This document shows, piece by piece, positions 23,231-33,834 of a stretch of 64,000 nt of DNA. Source of the DNA: Mayamaea pseudoterrestris (taxonomy: Eukaryota); the NCBI GenBank assembly GCA_027923505.1, contig BROI01000004.1:124001-188000 (forward strand), read 5' to 3'. The translations under genes and the position numbers were made by a program. Under the pieces are notes generated by a model. That model was not told the DNA's origin. It made no database searches and saw only the letters and a program-made list of their open reading frames with translations. Numbering within the stretch: position 1 is the first letter of the stretch; every line of letters starts with the position of its first letter.

Positions 23231-25294
23231 TTAGCTTTTATTTTGGAACGCTAGCATCGGGACAGGGTAAATGTCAGACGGAAACGTCGTTTGTAGAGTT
23301 TCCTTGACAAGAACAAGTCCAGCTTGCATCGCAATTGACTTCAAGTAGGACACTGATCGTGTGACAGAAGCATCTTGTACGTCAAGCACAAAATCTTCAG
23401 TAACGCAAGTATTTTCTTTGACGCAAATGTAGCCGCCATTGACAAGCGCCGACGCGCATCGCTGCAGGAAACGAATGGCGTCCTGATCCGTCAGGTAACA
23501 AAGCACCCATTGTATCCAAATCAGCGAATACACCGCAGAAGCCGGTTCCCAGTCTTGCAGTCCGCAGCAATAAAAGCGACACTTGCCGGCGTCATCACCA
23601 ATGTAGTCGGGCGCCGCCGAAATGAGACGCGACGACGACTCCACAAGGTCGCATCGCGGAACACCAAGAGGCAGCAGCAAACCTTTGGTGACGCGGCCAA
23701 TGCCAGCGCCGCACTCACATGCTGCTCCAGTAGACCACTCGAATGAAGCCAGCGATTGCAGCTCCTGAATGAACTGGAGCGAGCCTTTCAAGTCAGATTC
23801 GGAGATTTCAGCAAATCCGCCCAAGACGCCATCCAGAGACGCATCGCAGTGTTCTTCGTAGTAGTCGGCGGCACGATGATACCAGTCGGATGAGTCATTA
23901 CCGTAGACACCTTGCGACTCCCACATTTCTTGAGTTGATTCGTACGACCTGCCATGAGTGTCTGATCCGCGATAATCTTTTAGCGAGAAATCATCGCTTG
24001 CTGTATTCAAACGTTTATCAGAACCAAGCTCAAACTCGTACTCCATCGTGTGCGTATATCGAGGATCGTCTGGCGTCAGGATTTTGCACTTGCCTTTATA
24101 AAACTCGAAATGTGCAGCAGCATCGACCAAGATTGAATCAGGAAAGGACTGCGTCTCCAAACAAACGCCCTGCCACTGTCGGTAGACTGCGTTGTCTTTA
24201 CACAGACCCGGGCCCACGGAAACTCCATCCAAATAGTTTGCCGTGTAAAGCTGAACACCAGGAGCGTCGGATCGTACAGTGAGCCGTCGCTGGGATGCCT
24301 CGTGTTCCAAAATGCCAACGACTGACAAACATTCATTTTCGCCTGGAGTAACAATAATGTAATTGTGATCAAACCCATACGGCGTTCCGGCAGACGCACT
24401 ACCAGATCCAGAAACTGCAATGTCAGGAGCTACTCGCGACTTTGAAAAATTGTCGTTCGCCTCGACTTTGCTCAACGCCGCCTTTGCATGCCCATAATCA
24501 ACAAGAGCATTGCGCATCAGCCGACGTTTGGTCCAGTCCATGGCTGGATCGTCAGCAACGTCAACAACCTCACGTGTCGGTATGCCGGAAGCGTCAATGG
24601 GAGTGTAGGAGTTTGCGTACAGTTTTAGTTTGTGGTCAAGAACACCTTGTGGATCATCATGACGAGCAAGGTTCAGGTAGACATGCTGTGCGAGGTTAAC
24701 TGGAGTTGGGCAACTGTTTGCCTGCTGAGTAGCATCCATCTCTAGTCGCAATTTAGCTCCATTGTCGGTCGCTTGGAGCGAATATGTTGCAGTCACTAAA
24801 AGGGCGCCAGGATAGTGTTGATCCATGTTTGGCGATACGAGTGAGAATCGGACAGCAGTAGCAGCCTTGCCATCTTGCCCCTCTACTGATATCATTTGCG
24901 CATCCCAAATGCAATAACCGAATCCTTTTATTCCTCCATGCAAATGGTTCGGATCATTGTTGATTTCCAATTGAATGATTGGAGCATTGTCGTTGAGCTT
25001 CAATTCTCCCTTTCGTATTCGATTGGCAACTCGACCGACGATGCATCCAAAGTAGGCTGGATTGCCAGAATGCCAAGCGTCCAGAGGCGTCTTGTATCCC
25101 AATACAATGTCATCAAATTTGTTTGCATTGGCAGATGGAAGCAGTATATGCGTCACGGAAGCCCCGAGGGACGAAAGTTTGACGCAAACGCCATTTTCGA
25201 GGGATAGCGAAAAGGTTTGAATCGATTGCTCGACACCAGTGTCCTTGTCGGTCACTAAATATGAATCGCCTTGTATGGGTGCAGCAAAAGGCAT
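23231..25294 (-). CDS. Fusion: aldose 1-epimerase (mutarotase) + alpha-N-terminal protein methyltransferase (NTMT1/Tae1-like)
   Basis: GRVANRI, NHLHGG, NLAQHVYLNL, GFDHNY, GVQLYTAN, CLETQ then GVLGG, ECGAGIGRVTK.LL, IWIQW..YLTD, VKEN, DASVTRS, FP.DIYPV in one 687-aa ORF. Confidence 0.9.
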   Translation of the reverse strand: MPFAAPIQGDSYLVTDKDTGVEQSIQTFSLSLENGVCVKLSSLGASVTHILLPSANANKFDDIVLGYKTPLDAWHSGNPAYFGCIVGRVANRIRKGELKLNDNAPIIQLEINNDPNHLHGGIKGFGYCIWDAQMISVEGQDGKAATAVRFSLVSPNMDQHYPGALLVTATYSLQATDNGAKLRLEMDATQQANSCPTPVNLAQHVYLNLARHDDPQGVLDHKLKLYANSYTPIDASGIPTREVVDVADDPAMDWTKRRLMRNALVDYGHAKAALSKVEANDNFSKSRVAPDIAVSGSGSASAGTPYGFDHNYIIVTPGENECLSVVGILEHEASQRRLTVRSDAPGVQLYTANYLDGVSVGPGLCKDNAVYRQWQGVCLETQSFPDSILVDAAAHFEFYKGKCKILTPDDPRYTHTMEYEFELGSDKRLNTASDDFSLKDYRGSDTHGRSYESTQEMWESQGVYGNDSSDWYHRAADYYEEHCDASLDGVLGGFAEISESDLKGSLQFIQELQSLASFEWSTGAACECGAGIGRVTKGLLLPLGVPRCDLVESSSRLISAAPDYIGDDAGKCRFYCCGLQDWEPASAVYSLIWIQWVLCYLTDQDAIRFLQRCASALVNGGYICVKENTCVTEDFVLDVQDASVTRSVSYLKSIAMQAGLVLVKETLQTTFPSDIYPVPMLAFQNKS

Positions 25295-25557
25295 GAATTC
25301 GAGTGTCTTTACAGTTAAGACGCGGCAACGCCGATGCTAGGTTTGATCCTCGTCGTCGATTACTTTGTTCTTGGTTGGAAACGCGATGCGGGACGTGCCG
25401 ATCTTGTCGCTTCCAAGTCGCAACGGTACTTCTCGACGTCAGTCGTTGATGAGTCACATGGCGCGATCTTTCGATCCACCATGATGAAAGGTTTGGCATC
25501 TCGTTTCAGACTGCTCCAACCGGTCCGTCTGACAATTTTCAACCTTCAGCTAGCATA

Positions 25558-26301
25558 ATGAAGCTTGCACTCATACTCACCATATCTGTGCCTCTGGTGG
25601 CATCGTTCCAGACTGGAGGAATCTCCTCCCAAAGACGACCAGCGACAACGACAAGATTGATGTCATCAACATCCAGCACCACGCGCCACGACTTTATTGT
25701 ATCGTCTGCGGCAACAATTATCGCCGGATGCGTCTTGTCGCCGCAACATGCTGCGGCTCGAGGTCGCGCCACCTTGGAGCAAAGCTACGAACGCTACGTG
25801 CCACGCATCAAGGCCGGCGGCGAATTCTACGGTAGGGATCTCAAGAATCTTGTTGGCGCCAACGACTGGAGCGGCATCAAGAAGGCACTCGCCGACGTTC
25901 CGGAACGAACCAAGGAAGACTTGATGAAGTCGGATGCGGGAGTGGCAGCGCGAGCGAGGCAGGCGGGTGGTTTCTCCGATGCTCGCGTGCTGACGGCTGC
26001 TGACTTGTACGCAGGTTCCTTTTCGGATAATTCCATTACTCCAAAGACAAAGAAGATGAAGGCTGCCATTGCAACTGTGCGTACGTCAGTGGAAGGCATG
26101 CAGAGTGTTGCACGACAGGCTCTAGGTGAGGAAGGTGGCGGCGGTTTGTTTGGGCTAGGCAAGTCCAAGCCTAATGAAGTTGAACTTGAAAAGAAGCTTC
26201 GTGAATACTATGTCGCCGGAGGAAATGCTTGGAATGAATACATTCTGGCTGCCAATGACGACTTGGCTCTCAAGTTTGATCGGTTGCCGTTTATCAAATA
26301 G
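25558..26301 (+). CDS. Thylakoid lumen protein with tripartite targeting (possibly PsbQ-like helical fold)
   Basis: Signal peptide + 'ASF', transit peptide, Tat-like TRHDF + hydrophobic stretch + AAA cleavage site. Confidence 0.7.
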   Translation: MKLALILTISVPLVASFQTGGISSQRRPATTTRLMSSTSSTTRHDFIVSSAATIIAGCVLSPQHAAARGRATLEQSYERYVPRIKAGGEFYGRDLKNLVGANDWSGIKKALADVPERTKEDLMKSDAGVAARARQAGGFSDARVLTAADLYAGSFSDNSITPKTKKMKAAIATVRTSVEGMQSVARQALGEEGGGGLFGLGKSKPNEVELEKKLREYYVAGGNAWNEYILAANDDLALKFDRLPFIK

Positions 26302-26636
26302 AGCCAACTTGTAAAGCTCAACTATACTCAAGGGAGTCTGATCTCATGGCCTACTCGTACTGACACTCAGGATTCGGGCAATCAGCTGCTAATAACTGCT
26401 ATAATAGGATATCGTTGCTAGAAGAATGAATAGCTGTAGTTACATTCAAAGGTAGGGGTAGAGTGGCTGAAGCTGCGGCTAGATGCTCACAACGATCCAA
26501 GTAACACTGTCTCATCGGCAACCGCTCCGACACTGATCGAATGAGCGACGACCGCGGACGACCATGAACATCCTTGCTGCGCTTCAAGGTCAGCCCTCTC
26601 ATTCACTTGTTCCTCCGACTGGTGTAGTTTTTGATC

Positions 26637-27394
26637 ATGAACATGTTTCCAGGAGCAGCAGGAGCTGCAGCCGGAGCTCTTGCGGAAGAAAAGGATGACG
26701 GAAAGATGCTCGACCTTCGTGACAAGATTGATTCCGCAATGTCGTACGCCAAGAATGAAGCTTCCGGCTACCCAATGTCGAACTTATTCATTGGCGACAG
26801 TCGATTGGGATGCAAGAGTGATACGGATGAGCAAATGATTATTCATATTGAGTTTCAGGAGTTTGTAAAGGTATATTATCATGATTGATTATTGCTAGCA
26901 GGATCATTATTGGCTCTGCTTTTTCTTGCTTGCAATGCTCACTCCTTCCTCAATGCGAACAGCTTCGTAGCATCAAATGGACTGAATATAACAATGGAAT
27001 CGACCCTGAAAGCAACCCAAGCAAGGTCCATCTCTACGTCAACCGCGCCAACCTTGGCTTTGAAGACTGCGAGGATGTCGAGGCAACGCAAACGATTCAA
27101 TTGACTGCAGAAGATTTGAAGGAGAACGCACCACCGACGCAGCTGAAGTATGTCAAATTCCAGCGCGTCAAGACTTTGACGATTTTTATCGAAGACAATC
27201 AAGGCGGCGAAGTGTCTGCCCTCGGAGGAATCAAGTTTTTTGGTCGGGTGCGTATTGGCTCATGAGTGGGCTTATCTCATCTTTTTTATTGGTTTGTCAT
27301 TGATGTCTGACAAATTCTTTTATTTGCCTGTCTCTCCTGCCAGCCCGTCGACAATGTCAATATGGCCGACTTCAAGAAGCAACCAGAGAATTAG
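26637..27394 (+). CDS. PITH-domain protein (3 exons)
   Basis: SD.DEQ.IIHIEF..VK|LRSI, P.KVHLYVN..NLGFED, LKYVKFQRV..LTIFIEDNQG; introns ~26871-26962, 27248-27343. Confidence 0.88.
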
Positions 27395-27431
27395 ACGAGT
27401 ATAAAATACACAGAAGTAATTACTATAAATG

Positions 27432-28926
27432 CTATGGTGAAATTGAGAATGATGCTGCGATTGGAAGATGGTCGGATGGCTCGTCTTTATTTGGACAAGG
27501 AGCATCGCACAAAAAGTCCATTACAGCGTATGGCTTTACGACTGCCGAGCAGTACATGCGATCATACCGCGACTGAAAGAGGCCAACATCAGGTAGAGGT
27601 TCGCCGAGAACGGCCATGTCGTATGCAATGCCCCAGAATTTGCCTTGGCGTAGTTCAGCCTGATATACGTTGACGAATCCATCGTAGTTGAGGACACCGT
27701 CTTGCGGAAGCTTGATTCTATCCTTGGCGGCGTCGGATCCTCCTTTCCCGTCGCTCTTTCCATCGTCCTTCCAGCCCATTTGTTTAGCAGCCTCTCGGAA
27801 CTCGCTTCCGCGCCCAAGCTGTCCATTAATCTTGATGAGCCATCCTTCCACATCCTCAACGCTCATTACTTTCTCGCCCAATGGCGACACTGTCGTGGCC
27901 ATTCGGTCATGAATTCTCCGCAGTCTCTCCAGCATGCTCACCGACAGCTTGGGATTCTCGTAGCTCGTTCCGTCGCCTGATTCTACCATGGTCGAAATGA
28001 GTTCACTCACCACCAGTGTCGCGGGAGGCTCGCGATGAGTGACGGTCGCCATGACGTCGACGAGTGGCTGTTCCAGTCGCAATTCTTTCCGACTCGACAC
28101 GACGGGTTCACCATCCTCCAAAAAGGTTTCGTCCAGTTTCCTATCCTCGAGTAGGCGCACGGCTCCGCATTCAAGACCACCGTTAAAGTCTCCGCATACA
28201 ATGACGGGAATATTCTCGGGCTTTTCTTCTATATAAGAGTGTTGACGATCGATATGGGTGAGTACATCTGATCGTATCAACATGTAGCAGCAACCATCTC
28301 GCATACGCACCTCTTCGCTTCTTGGCAAGGTTCACGACGGCCCCAATGCCTTCAATAAGCTGTCGCACCCGTCGCTTTCCTTCCTTGCCCGCTTGCAAGT
28401 GGCAGTTTAACACATACAAGGTCTTGTCGCATTGTTTCGTTTGACGCGTCGTCTCATCTTCATTGATTGCTGCTGCCAATGACTCCTTTACTTGAAAGGC
28501 TGTCAGCAGCGTCCGGTCCTTGTGCACGGGCGGCGACACCAGCTCGAGCTTGTCACGCTTCCAAAACGTGGCGGGCCGAAACCGTCCCCGCTTGAACATT
28601 TCGCAGTCGTATCCAAGCTCCGTCATGAATCTAAAGTCGTCTTGAAACGACACTGGAGCGACTTCCTGAAGACAGACTACATCGGCGTTGATGGTTTGCA
28701 TGCGCTGCTGCAGCAAGTCTCTGCGATGCCCCCACTGGGAAATATGCAACTGCTCCTCCGACAGTGGAGGCGAGTACATTTTGTAGTTCCACCATCCATC
28801 AATCGAGTTTGGCAGCAAAACGTTGTAGCTCAAGACGGAAACGTGCCATGCTGCTGCTGCAACGTCAGAAGAAGGAGGTGCAGGAAAGCAGGTTGGTCCA
28901 ATCAGATGCTGGACTGGCTGAAGCAT
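27432..28926 (-). CDS. Endonuclease/exonuclease/phosphatase (CCR4/nocturnin-like) with EF-hand-like insert, 2 exons
   Basis: LSYNVL, ADVVCLQEV, LNCHL, IVCGDFN, YDRMY, EPSDHLPIAA; intron ~28231-28310. Confidence 0.88.
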
Positions 28927-29219
28927 GGCTTGCTGTTAATTTCTGGATACCGTAGATACCGGAAGATGCGTTTTGATGGAAATGTGTTTGCTTGCCTTTT
29001 GTGGATGCAGTTTGCTTTTTGCTCATCGTCAACTCGAAAAGAAGCAGATGTCGTTTTCAAAACCGCTTCATTCCGCTGCGACACAAACACGCGACGAGAC
29101 TTCCAGCTTGGCCATGGGCGTCCACCACCCGTCCATTTCCGCACGACATATTCACGTCAAGAGCAATTGAGGGTCTCTAGGTTCGTCGCTGACATCCCAA
29201 TAAATATTTAACAATCAGC

Positions 29220-29582
29220 ATGAGTCTTTTATTTAGATCAGTTGCTTCGCGAACGACCCGCTCCTTGCTTTCTTCCATACCAGCATCAGCTACTGCTCGT
29301 CATGGTGCTGCTGTCGCTGCCATTCACTCCACAAGTCACGCGCAGCTCCCCATGACACCAGGAACCCCCATTCCTGGACTCGATTTCATCAAGAATCAAG
29401 ACCCTCCCGTCGCCTTGGATGAATATCCAGAATGGCTGCACCAGTTGCCACTAAAGTCGCTGGCGCAGCTGCGACGCATGCCGGAAGCGGAAGCGACGGA
29501 TCGCGAAAAGATGCGCTACTTGAAACTGACGCGCAAAATACTCATCAAGCAACGTAACGAAGTGGCGAGTGCGAGTAAATAA
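29220..29582 (+). CDS. MRPL54: Mitochondrial ribosomal protein mL54 (Ribosomal_L37 family)
   Basis: Mitochondrial presequence; IPGL..IK..DP.A..EYPEWL..L, RYLK..RK..IK..N. Confidence 0.85.
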   Translation: MSLLFRSVASRTTRSLLSSIPASATARHGAAVAAIHSTSHAQLPMTPGTPIPGLDFIKNQDPPVALDEYPEWLHQLPLKSLAQLRRMPEAEATDREKMRYLKLTRKILIKQRNEVASASK

Positions 29583-29834
29583 GAAATGTAGTCGTTGGTT
29601 GTGGTAATATGCTAATTGGTGGTATTGATGCGAGCAAGGCGCAAACTACAAGGGAAAACGTTGCTCACTGAAGGAGAGCTTAATATAATATTTTAGAGTG
29701 CAATACGACTAAATAAAAAATCTATTAGCATCATACTGGCGCTTCTTTGGTACGTTGCATGATCGCTCCCGTTGCTCGTAGGACTACTGGCTGACGGGAT
29801 ATTTGCAGACGCGCCTGTCTTTCACCTCCACTTA

Positions 29835-30392
29835 CTATGTTACCAACGAGTCTAGCATCTGCTGCCCATCCTCACTCGACAGCAAATAGCTCTCCAGGTC
29901 ATTGACGTAGGAGACAAAGTCTGGCTCGTTCAATAGGCGCGCCACATAGGTTAATGCCGCTCCCGATTCATCCATGCGGCGGCGGCCTGCATTTTCGTCA
30001 TTTTGCAAACAGTTTGGCGGATGTAGGCGCACGAACGCATCGCTAAATTCCTTGCACTCGGTCTCGTCGCGAAACTTGAGAATGAGCTTTCTGGTGCGGC
30101 CGTTTCCGCCAATGCAAATCATGTCGCGACGACGGCACACGAACGACATGGTTGGCTTGCTTTTGCCGCCTCCGTCTTGCTTGTTGCTGTGCACCGCCAT
30201 TTTGACATTGACGAGGGGCAAGACTATAAAGCCCCTGCAGACTTGCACCGTCACGATGAGCTCCTCGCCACTCTCGTTTCGAGCCAACAGGCGCGTGAGT
30301 CCGTTGGAACTGTGACGAAAGACTTGCACGCGCCACTCCTTTTGCGCATCGTTATTTTGGTGGTGATCATTGAAAGAGATATCCATTGTCAT
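29835..30392 (-). CDS. PH-like protein, possibly REC114/PHS1 meiotic DSB factor
   Basis: N-terminal WRVQVF, RKLILKF....C..F, C-terminal YVARLLNEPDFVSYVNDLE resembling the REC114 C-terminal motif. Confidence 0.45.
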   Translation of the reverse strand: MTMDISFNDHHQNNDAQKEWRVQVFRHSSNGLTRLLARNESGEELIVTVQVCRGFIVLPLVNVKMAVHSNKQDGGGKSKPTMSFVCRRRDMICIGGNGRTRKLILKFRDETECKEFSDAFVRLHPPNCLQNDENAGRRRMDESGAALTYVARLLNEPDFVSYVNDLESYLLSSEDGQQMLDSLVT

Positions 30393-30690
30393 GTGCTTGA
30401 GGTTGGTAAGTCAAGTGGAGATGGTTTCGAGAGAAAATGATTGCTTGTTGTCGTCGTTTGAAAGACAAGAAGGAGATCCATGCATGGGAAACGCGCGCAA
30501 AATCACGGAAGCCGAAGTGGCATCTAGCTATTCTACATTTGCCAAATTATCTGCGGCAAGAACGTATAGAAGATATACTAATGTAAAGTAGTAACCTTCG
30601 ACTTTTACATAAATTCGAAACTATGTTAAGAAGTAATTCGACCTGGCATCATGGCGACTCTGTCGCCAAACAATTTGCAAATGGTGCAAA

Positions 30691-32278
30691 TCATTTCTTG
30701 CCGTCATTGTGTACAGTCCATGCTTGACTCAAAGCATCAAATATACGTTTTGCTAGAAAGCGCTCCTCGGCAACCAATTGGTGCGTCTTGTCCGGATGGA
30801 CAACGCGAGACGCCTTGTGGTAGCAAATCTTGACCTTTTTGTCATCCAAAAGATCACCAATCGTCACCACCTTCCAACTCTTTGCTGCAGCTGGCCACAA
30901 GATGGTATGTAGCGACGCCAAGAGTGCACGCAGCTGCTTCTTTTGGCCATGCTCCTCGCTCCACGCTTTAATCTTTGGGGTCAGTCGCTGGCGCACCACA
31001 TCTTCGGCCGCCTCGTCCGACTTTTTCTTGGCCTCTCGCTCGCGCACCTCCTGCAGCGCCTTGGCTTGCGAGTTCTTCATGTCGCTGACGCGCTTTTCGA
31101 CGGCGGCGGCAACGTGGGCAGTCTTTCCAATCGCGGCAGTCGCATCCAACGAAAGCCCCACCACCACCTTGTCGCTCGACTTGGCAGGCGCCGAGCCGGA
31201 TGCACTGTTGGCCACCTTGGGATCTACTTCCACCCATCGCTCGTCCACTGGATCCCAAACACGATTCGATGTTTGCTTCTTTTCTTGGTACTCGCGCTTG
31301 AGCTTTTCCGTGCGCGTCTCGTTTGGATTCGACGACGCTCGGTGATTCAAGGATGATGGAGCCGAATGCATGTGATGCAAATTCCGTCCCGACGCCGGCG
31401 TTCCAAAATCCATTAAATTTCCTGTCGGCTGTTGGCGAGCTGCTGCAGGTGCTTGTCGATGTTGTTGTTGCTGCTGCGATGGAGCAGTAGGCCGCTGCTG
31501 CTGTTGTGTTCGTGCCGGTGACGCAGCTGCTGCTGGCGTTCGAGCGGGCTCTTGGTACTGTTGCTGCTTTGGCGCAGGACGCGCCTTTGGAGCTGATGCA
31601 GGTTGCTGAATATGCCCTCCGCGTCCATGGTTCTTGTTGGAGAAATCATCGTGCATTTTGACGAGATCAAGCAGTTTAAACGCAATGACTGTAACTTGAG
31701 GTCCATTGGCGGAATCATCCGCACCCACCGCGGCGGAGACTGCCTTTCCAACAGATTTGAACATTCCTTTGGCAGCCTTTGTCGCTTGATCAGATACACT
31801 TTCATCTGAGTGATGATGTTGCTTCGGTGGCGTAAAGAATCGTTGAAACTGCTGCGGAGTGGCCGACTTGACTGGCAGTGCCTTGTGCTCGTCCTGCACG
31901 TCCCACCAACTAAACGTTTTCGTATTTGGTTCGTCTCCTGGTGCAGGCTTGTCCTCGACGCATACGCGCCAATGGTATCCCTCCGGTCCTAAATGGTTCA
32001 GTCCATGCAACGCTGCCGAATGTCTGTGAAGCGAAAGAAAATGATATGTCACAATTTGGTGAGCAGCGACTCATAATGACACTGAACTGCATAAGCAGTA
32101 TACAAGGCTGCCTACATGTATTCCTCCCTCTCATTGATACTCACTTTTTGATGGCTTCCAACGTTGGGCCCTTTCCTCCTGGCCGCGGCATGGTAAAGGC
32201 GTTGAAATGCTCATCGTCCTTGTCGCATGCCGTGTTGATAATCTTGTAAAGGACGACAATCTTTTCGTACGAGCTCAT
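30691..32278 (-). CDS. DIX-like domain + auxilin-type J domain protein (intron ~32024-32144)
   Basis: N-terminal FNAF.MP...PTL..IK|...YHWRV...SWWDV.D...LPV; C-terminal LRALLASLHTILW...W..V...DL....VK..Y.KA..VVHPDK...A..IF..L..AW. Confidence 0.8.
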
Positions 32279-33101
32279 TTGATTACTGCAACAGCTAAAC
32301 ATGTAATTATTAGAGAAAATATTCGATCTGCTGAGCAAAACATTGGACTATAGAACGACTCTTTCATGCTTTGATGACATGATGAATTCAACGGATATAA
32401 ATGTTCGACCGCCGCATGGGAATAATTGTCGTTGGCGCCTATCAATGCGTCTGTACGGCTGCACGCGCATGAAACCTACGTTTTGTTTCTCCTCGGGTCT
32501 ATAGTGGCACTGTCTTTCAATTGATTCTGTATATACAAGGTCGTGATGAAGGCGCTCGGCCATTGACGGTCATCGTCATCGACCCGTTGCCGCTGGGATG
32601 AAACGTCTTTAGTACCGGTCAGACTTTTAATACCTATGCGACTTAATCGACGACGCCACTTTTTGCGATCTTGGATGGCATGCCAAATTCGATGAGTGAG
32701 CGATGTGAGCTCTCACTCAAGTAGTATGTTTTTACAGCAAGAGTCGTGATCTCTTATTAGCATGTCCACCAAGAGACAGCGGCAATCGTCTCGCCTGTCA
32801 GAAAAGCGAGCTCGACTAGAACAGGAGGACAGCCTGACGTCGCCTTCTCCGTGCGGCAACAATCAGCACCACCGACCCATTCCAGGAGCCAGTGCGTTTC
32901 GAAACGACTGCGGCATTTTGCCATCGGAATGATATTTAATATCGGCTAGCATCACGGAGGCAGTCCCGTGGGGCTACGTGTGTGGATATCCGACAAATCG
33001 AGGTACGATATGCTGAATGTGGATGATGGCCCATTTGCGAATGGATTATGTATCGTTATGTGTGAACCATTCTCATCAACCACTCCTTCCACAATACTAC
33101 T

Positions 33102-33425
33102 ATGACAGGCGACTTGTATGGCGGCGCGCACTACAGTCAGTCGGCGAGCGCTTCCATGACTTCGCAAGGTAGAGCCATTCGAAACGCATCCGTTCGCTTT
33201 GGTGACGGACGCACCTTGGCCTACACGCCCTGCAAGCGAGGTTATTTGCCAATGATCAACGGTCAGCCAATGTTTGCCTGCGTGCTGCATCATGAGCAAC
33301 GACGAAAGCGATTCGTCAAGGAAGGAAGAGTGTTTCGGAAGGGTGAAGTTGATTTGAACATGTTCTGGGAGTCCAGCAACGTGAACGAGGCGGATGCTGC
33401 GGATAAAGCGTCTGGTAGTCTGTGA
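33102..33425 (+). CDS. Hypothetical protein (possibly last exon of a gene starting near ATG 32762)
   Basis: 107-aa ATG ORF in an otherwise unassigned gap; no motif recognised. Confidence 0.25.
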   Translation: MTGDLYGGAHYSQSASASMTSQGRAIRNASVRFGDGRTLAYTPCKRGYLPMINGQPMFACVLHHEQRRKRFVKEGRVFRKGEVDLNMFWESSNVNEADAADKASGSL

Positions 33426-33834
33426 GAAATGAATGACGTTAGCGTCAGGGTTCCAGCAACATATCCTGACGACGAACTGATGATTTTTCTCGACTGCTTG
33501 CGCTTTTCGGTGCTTGACAATGAGTTGCTCTCGCACCAGCATCGTCCTTGGTGAGCGGCTTTGTCAGGAAATAACATCTTGCTAACAGTTAGAGACATCG
33601 CGAATTTTTTTGTTTGCACAGTTTATTGTTCATGAACTATTTCTTGTACTATAGTCTACAAACAGAAATCATGGCTAACACGATAGCGTCTTGATTGCTG
33701 CTTTGGATGTCACAGTCGGTACCGCTAAGACATCTGTCAAAAACCGACGCGACGCTCGTCGAAAGCCACAGCAAGAAAAGCGAGCAAAACCTCTTGCCGT
33801 CTGCCATTATTAATAGTAGAAGAACAAGGGCGTC

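Noticed and set aside
8379..25558. Several head-to-head gene pairs with ~190-290 bp spacers
   Set aside because: Normal for compact diatom genomes; no functional clustering evident.
25680..25700. Tat motif reads RH instead of RR in the lumen protein
   Set aside because: Single-residue variation in a targeting peptide; too weak to interpret.
28492..29211. 239-aa plus-strand ORF
   Set aside because: Mostly antisense to the EEP gene, non-ATG start, no motifs.
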